Part shown: positions 60,387 to 64,000 of the stretch, piece by piece
Position numbering within the stretch: the stretch's first letter is position 1
Layout of the letters: each line of letters begins with the position of its first letter
NCBI GenBank assembly: GCA_965279525.1
Contig: CBDIIB010000005.1
Span: forward strand, 1,632,001 to 1,696,000
Source of the DNA: Tagaea sp.
Lineage (GTDB): Bacteria > Pseudomonadota > Alphaproteobacteria > CACIAM-22H2
DNA: 64,000 nt
Reading direction: 5' to 3'
Notes under the pieces: model-generated
Told to the model about the DNA's origin: nothing
What the model saw: the letters and a program-made list of their open reading frames with translations, nothing else
Database searches by the model: none
Made by a program: the position numbers and the translations under genes

Positions 60387-60740
60387 TCAGGTCTTGGGAT
60401 TGCTCAGCATGTCGGCGCAGGCGCGCGCGACGTCGGAATCGGGCTTGTTGCTGCCGGGCATCTGGGCGAAGCCGCTGCGCTCGATGACGGAGCCGCGCTC
60501 CCACGAACTCGTCTTCACCAGTTCGCCGAGCTTCGTCGAGGCGTCGCCCTGCGCGCGGAACAGCGACACGCAGATGGGTGCGAGCACGCCGACGACGGCC
60601 TCGTGCGAGGCGGCGGCGACGCGCTTGTCGGAGGTCCCGCCAGTCACCCAGCCGCCCCAGTTGAAGCCGAGGATCGCGAGTGCGACGGCACCGGCGGCGG
60701 CACCCCACAGGAACGGCGTGGTCGTGGGGGGAAGTTTCAT
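60387..60740 (-). CDS. Hypothetical membrane protein (WGGWVT motif)
   Basis: N-terminal TM, GFNWGGWVT, Cys pair (PIC...AC); start could also be 60752. Confidence 0.75.
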   Translation of the reverse strand: MKLPPTTTPFLWGAAAGAVALAILGFNWGGWVTGGTSDKRVAAASHEAVVGVLAPICVSLFRAQGDASTKLGELVKTSSWERGSVIERSGFAQMPGSNKPDSDVARACADMLSNPKT

Positions 60741-60827
60741 TGAAATGGCCACGGGATATCCTTCAAAAGAATCGGAGCGCCGGGCGGAATGCCGCGACGC
60801 CTGTTTCGGGGAGCAGGCCGGCCGGGA

Positions 60828-60917
60828 TCAGACGGGTGCGCGCAACAGCGCGTAGACACCGATCAGCAGGACCAGCAGGGCAGGGACGACGACAGGCGGA
60901 ATGAACCAATTGGGCAT
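60828..60917 (-). CDS. Small 29-aa single-TM peptide (not in the ORF track)
   Basis: MPNWFIPPVVVPALLVLLIGVYALLRAPV*; GGAG SD 7 nt upstream; GC3-rich codons. Confidence 0.65.
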   Translation of the reverse strand: MPNWFIPPVVVPALLVLLIGVYALLRAPV

Positions 60918-61013
60918 TTGCAACTCCACGCGGCAGGAACCGGGGCGGGAGCGCAGTTCTCTCTCAGCCATCGAAGCCGGAAAGAGCCTTGTCGATGGTG
61001 ACGGACCCTACAC

Positions 61014-61514
61014 TTATCGGGTGACCGTGTCGTCCTTCATCGCCGCTTCGCGCCGGGCAAGGCTTTCGGCCGGCCACAGGCGCTCGCGGTCGTAGTATTC
61101 CGGAACCGACGGCATGTCGGGCGGCAGCACGACCCAGGGCTGCTTCGACGCCGTGAAGATGTGGATGTCGGGCGGCAGGCGGTCCGGCTCGTCGAGCGTG
61201 CCGACGCGCACGAAGGCGATCTTCGGCCCGGCACCCGAATAGTGGCTCCACAGCGCCACACGGCATGTCGGGCAGCGCACGATGCGCTGGCCCTTTCCGC
61301 TGTTCGACGGCGTGTCGACCGTTTCGGGCGTGCCGGCCAGCAGGGCGATCCGGCCGGTCTCGATCATGGCGTTGATCGCGAAGGCACTGCCCGATTCGCG
61401 CTGGCACCACCGGCAGTGGCAGCAATTGACGAACATCGGCCGTACTTCCAGGCGGTAGCGGACCGCCCGGCACGTGCAGCCGCCCTCGAAACCGCCCGCC
61501 GCCGTTCCGGCCAT
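61014..61514 (-). CDS. GFA/CENP-V family Zn protein
   Basis: GGCTC, CHCRWCQ, CPTC, GTLD, HIFTASKQPW; start could also be 61526. Confidence 0.88.
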   Translation of the reverse strand: MAGTAAGGFEGGCTCRAVRYRLEVRPMFVNCCHCRWCQRESGSAFAINAMIETGRIALLAGTPETVDTPSNSGKGQRIVRCPTCRVALWSHYSGAGPKIAFVRVGTLDEPDRLPPDIHIFTASKQPWVVLPPDMPSVPEYYDRERLWPAESLARREAAMKDDTVTR

Positions 61515-61586
61515 CTTTTCCTTCATAGACCCTCTATCCATTGAAATATCGGCGTTTCCCGCCTATTATTAAGGCCAGAGGCGCGC

Positions 61587-61880
61587 ATGGACCAGACCGA
61601 AAGCAAAGTCATCGTCAACCTGCTGCTCACCACGGTGGTGTTCTGCACCATCATGGGCGCCATCGGGTATGTCGTGACGCGTTACCCCGAATTGATCGAC
61701 GGCGCCTCGACGATGGTCAACGGCGTGGCCGTGGCCGTGCCGACGATCATCAGCACCGAGCCGATGACATTGCGTTGCCGCGTGTCGAAGGAGTTCGTGA
61801 TGGAGCCGGGCACCAGCCAGGTGCGCACGACGGCCATGGTCACGAACTGCGTCAACGAGCCGACCGCCAGCAAGAACTGA
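61587..61880 (+). CDS. Hypothetical small membrane protein
   Basis: One TM followed by a beta-rich domain with two Cys; AGAGG RBS; ends 24 nt before the methionine synthase gene. Confidence 0.6.
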   Translation: MDQTESKVIVNLLLTTVVFCTIMGAIGYVVTRYPELIDGASTMVNGVAVAVPTIISTEPMTLRCRVSKEFVMEPGTSQVRTTAMVTNCVNEPTASKN

Positions 61881-61904
61881 GCTCTCTTCCCCGGAAGGTT
61901 CCAG

Positions 61905-62921
61905 ATGCTCCAGACCACCGTCGCCGGCAGCCTGCCGAAACCGTCATGGCTGGCCGCACCCCAGCAGCTCTGGGCGCCGTGGCGCCAGACCGGGGCGGCC
62001 CTCGCCGAAGCGCAGGCCGACGCCACCACGCTCGCCGTGCGCCTGCAGCGCCAGGCCGGCATCGACATCCCCAGCGACGGCGAACAGGCCCGCCAGCACT
62101 TCGTCCACGGTTTCCTTGCCGGCGTCACCGGCATCGATTTCGAGAACAAGGTGACGATGGGGATCCGCAACAACCGCTACGACGCGCAGGTCCCCCAGGT
62201 GATCGGTGCCTTGAAGCGCAAGGGGCCGGTCCACTCGATGGAAGCGCGCGCGGCGCGTGCCGCTGCCGACGGCAAGGTCAAGTTCACGCTGCCCGGGCCG
62301 ATGACGATCGTCGACACGATCGCCGACCGCTTCTATGGCGACCGCGTGAAGATGGCGATGGCGTTCGCCGAGCTCCTCAACGAGGAAGCGCGCGAACTGG
62401 AAGCCATCGGCATCGACACGGTCCAGTTCGACGAGCCGGCCTTCAACGTGTTCACCGACGAGGTGCTCGACTGGGGCATCCCTGCACTTCTGCGCGCGGC
62501 CGAAGGGCTGAAATGCACGACCGCCGTGCATGTCTGCTACGGCTACGGCATCCAGGCGAACATCGACTGGAAGAAGACGCTGGGCGACGAATGGCGCCAG
62601 TACGAGCGCATCTTCCCGGCGCTTGCGAAAAGCCGGATCGACCAGGTCAGCCTCGAAGTCGCCAACTCGAAGGTGCCGATCGAGTTCATCGGCCTCTTGA
62701 AGGGCAAGGACGTGCTCGTCGGCTGCATCGACGTGGCGAGCGAAAAAGCCGAGACGCCCGAGGAAGTGGCATCGACGATCCGGCGCGCGATGAAGTACGT
62801 GGATGCGTCGAAGATGTTCCCGTGCACCAACTGCGGCATGGCGCCGATGTCGCGCGAGCTTGCCTATGGAAAGCTCGCGGCGCTGAGCGCCGGGGCGGCC
62901 CTGGTGCGCAAGTCGCTTTGA
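61905..62921 (+). CDS. Core (MetE C-terminal-like) cobalamin-independent methionine synthase, MesD-like
   Basis: GSLPKPSWL, DGEQ.RQHF, PGPMT, QFDEPAF, Zn ligands HVC and TNCG, CYGYGI.AN.DWKKTLG.EWRQY. Confidence 0.85.
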   Translation: MLQTTVAGSLPKPSWLAAPQQLWAPWRQTGAALAEAQADATTLAVRLQRQAGIDIPSDGEQARQHFVHGFLAGVTGIDFENKVTMGIRNNRYDAQVPQVIGALKRKGPVHSMEARAARAAADGKVKFTLPGPMTIVDTIADRFYGDRVKMAMAFAELLNEEARELEAIGIDTVQFDEPAFNVFTDEVLDWGIPALLRAAEGLKCTTAVHVCYGYGIQANIDWKKTLGDEWRQYERIFPALAKSRIDQVSLEVANSKVPIEFIGLLKGKDVLVGCIDVASEKAETPEEVASTIRRAMKYVDASKMFPCTNCGMAPMSRELAYGKLAALSAGAALVRKSL

Positions 62922-63007
62922 TCCGTCGGGGCACCTGAGCAAAACTTGACGGCATCGACAGTTTTTTTCGCGATCCCCGGACGACATCGAACCCGTAAGT
63001 TCCGCCC

Positions 63008-63922
63008 ATGCGCCGTCGCCTGCCACCGCTGAATTCGCTGCGCGTCTTCGAGACCGTCGCGCGCCATCTGTCCGTCACCAAGGCGGCCGACGAGCTGTCG
63101 GTGACGCCGGCTGCCGTCAGCCACCAGATCAAGACGATCGAGGACCATCTCGGGCTGCCGCTGTTCCAGCGCAACAAGGGCAACCTGCTGCTGACCGACG
63201 CGGGCCAGGCGATCCTGCCCGGCATCCGGGGTGCCTTCGAGCAGCTGGCCGCCGCGATCGAGGAGATCGACAATCTGGGCGACGCCGGCGTACTGACGAT
63301 CAGCGTGGCGCCGTCTTTCGCCGCCAAATGGCTGCTGCCGCGCCTCGACCGGTTCCAGGCGAAATATCCCGAGATCGACGTGCGCGTGGCGGCGTCGATG
63401 TCGCTCGCCGACTTCCATTCCGACGGCGTCGATCTCGCGATCCGCTACGGCGCCGGCCGCTATCCCGACCTGCATGTCGAGCGCCTGCTCGACGAGGCGG
63501 TCTTCCCGGTGTGCAGCCCGGCGCTGCTGAAGGGTGCGGTCCCGCTCGACACGCCGGCGGCGCTGAAGAGCCAGACGCTGCTGCACGACGACAGCCCCGA
63601 CGACGATCCGTCCTGCCCGACCTGGTCGATGTGGCTGAAGGCGGCAGGTGTCGCCGACGTCGACGGTTCGCGCGGGCCGAAATTCAACCAGTCGAGCCTC
63701 GTGGTCGAGGCGGCTGTGCTCGGGCGCGGCGTGGCGCTGGGCAAGTCGCTGCTTGCCGCGGCCGATCTTGCCGCCGGCCGGCTGGTCAAGCCGTTCGGCG
63801 ATGCCGTGTCGGTCGATTTCGCCTATTTCATCGTCTGCCCGGAAGCCAAGCTCGCGTTGCGCAAGGTCGCGCTGTTCTGCGACTGGCTGCGCGGCGAGGC
63901 CGCCGGCAACCCCTCACCCTAA
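63008..63922 (+). CDS. GcvA-like LysR family transcriptional regulator
   Basis: RRLPPLNSLRVFE..ARHLS.TKAA.ELSVTPAAVSHQIK, FAAKWLLPRL, DLAIRYG. Confidence 0.92.
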   Translation: MRRRLPPLNSLRVFETVARHLSVTKAADELSVTPAAVSHQIKTIEDHLGLPLFQRNKGNLLLTDAGQAILPGIRGAFEQLAAAIEEIDNLGDAGVLTISVAPSFAAKWLLPRLDRFQAKYPEIDVRVAASMSLADFHSDGVDLAIRYGAGRYPDLHVERLLDEAVFPVCSPALLKGAVPLDTPAALKSQTLLHDDSPDDDPSCPTWSMWLKAAGVADVDGSRGPKFNQSSLVVEAAVLGRGVALGKSLLAAADLAAGRLVKPFGDAVSVDFAYFIVCPEAKLALRKVALFCDWLRGEAAGNPSP

Positions 63923-64000
63923 CCCTCTCCCCGGAGGGGAGAGGGGAAACTCGGCAGGTGCGGCTCCCTCTCCCGCCTGCGGGAGAGGGCGGGGGGTGAG
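63910..64000. repeat. BoxC/REP-like inverted palindromic repeat pair (second unit truncated by window end)
   Basis: CCCCTCACCCTAACCCTCTCCCC-GGA-GGGGAGAGGG and the inverted unit CCCTCTCCCGC-CT-GCGGGAGAGGG-CGGGGGGTGAG. Confidence 0.75.

Noticed and set aside
58109-64000. Possible genomic island integrated at tRNA-Ala
   Set aside because: No integrase, no duplicated tRNA 3' end in the window, an intact terminator and host-like composition

Overview
A GC-rich, tightly packed chromosomal segment of an alphaproteobacterium. The regBA, aroA-cmk-rpsA-sppA-ihfB-lapA, TIGR02300/tRNA-Ala, DUF2336 and degenerate-EAL content suggests a Rhodospirillales-like host (inference). In order it contains: the end of a ugpAEC transporter operon; phaZ; a ~24 kb cobalamin biosynthesis region (5.7-29.9 kb) with a cobalamin riboswitch, which mixes early-cobalt genes (cbiX, cbiD, cbiG) with late-cobalt genes (cobN, cobW), has no cobG/cobF/cobZ in the window and carries four non-cob passenger genes; an ABC exporter; regB-regA; a glycan module (GT-C-like protein, WcaJ-like transferase, UDP-glucuronate decarboxylase); a TPR adenylate cyclase; a short chlorite dismutase; a degenerate EAL protein and a DUF2336 protein divergent from a Fur-box-preceded Fe(III)-binding protein; rlmJ; a two-CSD cold-shock protein with an RGG linker; the rpsA core cluster; tRNA-Ala(GGC); and a tail with a MesD-like methionine synthase, a GcvA-like regulator and a BoxC/REP-like repeat. 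I saw no phage, integrase, transposase or CRISPR array. The best leads are the hybrid B12 pathway, a four-hairpin intergenic element upstream of the chlorite dismutase, a catalytically dead exported alpha/beta-hydrolase beside the riboswitch, an unannotated 29-aa membrane peptide, the RGG-linked Csp and a MesD with no adjacent MesX. All calls come from reading motifs by eye; no database search or folding program was run.
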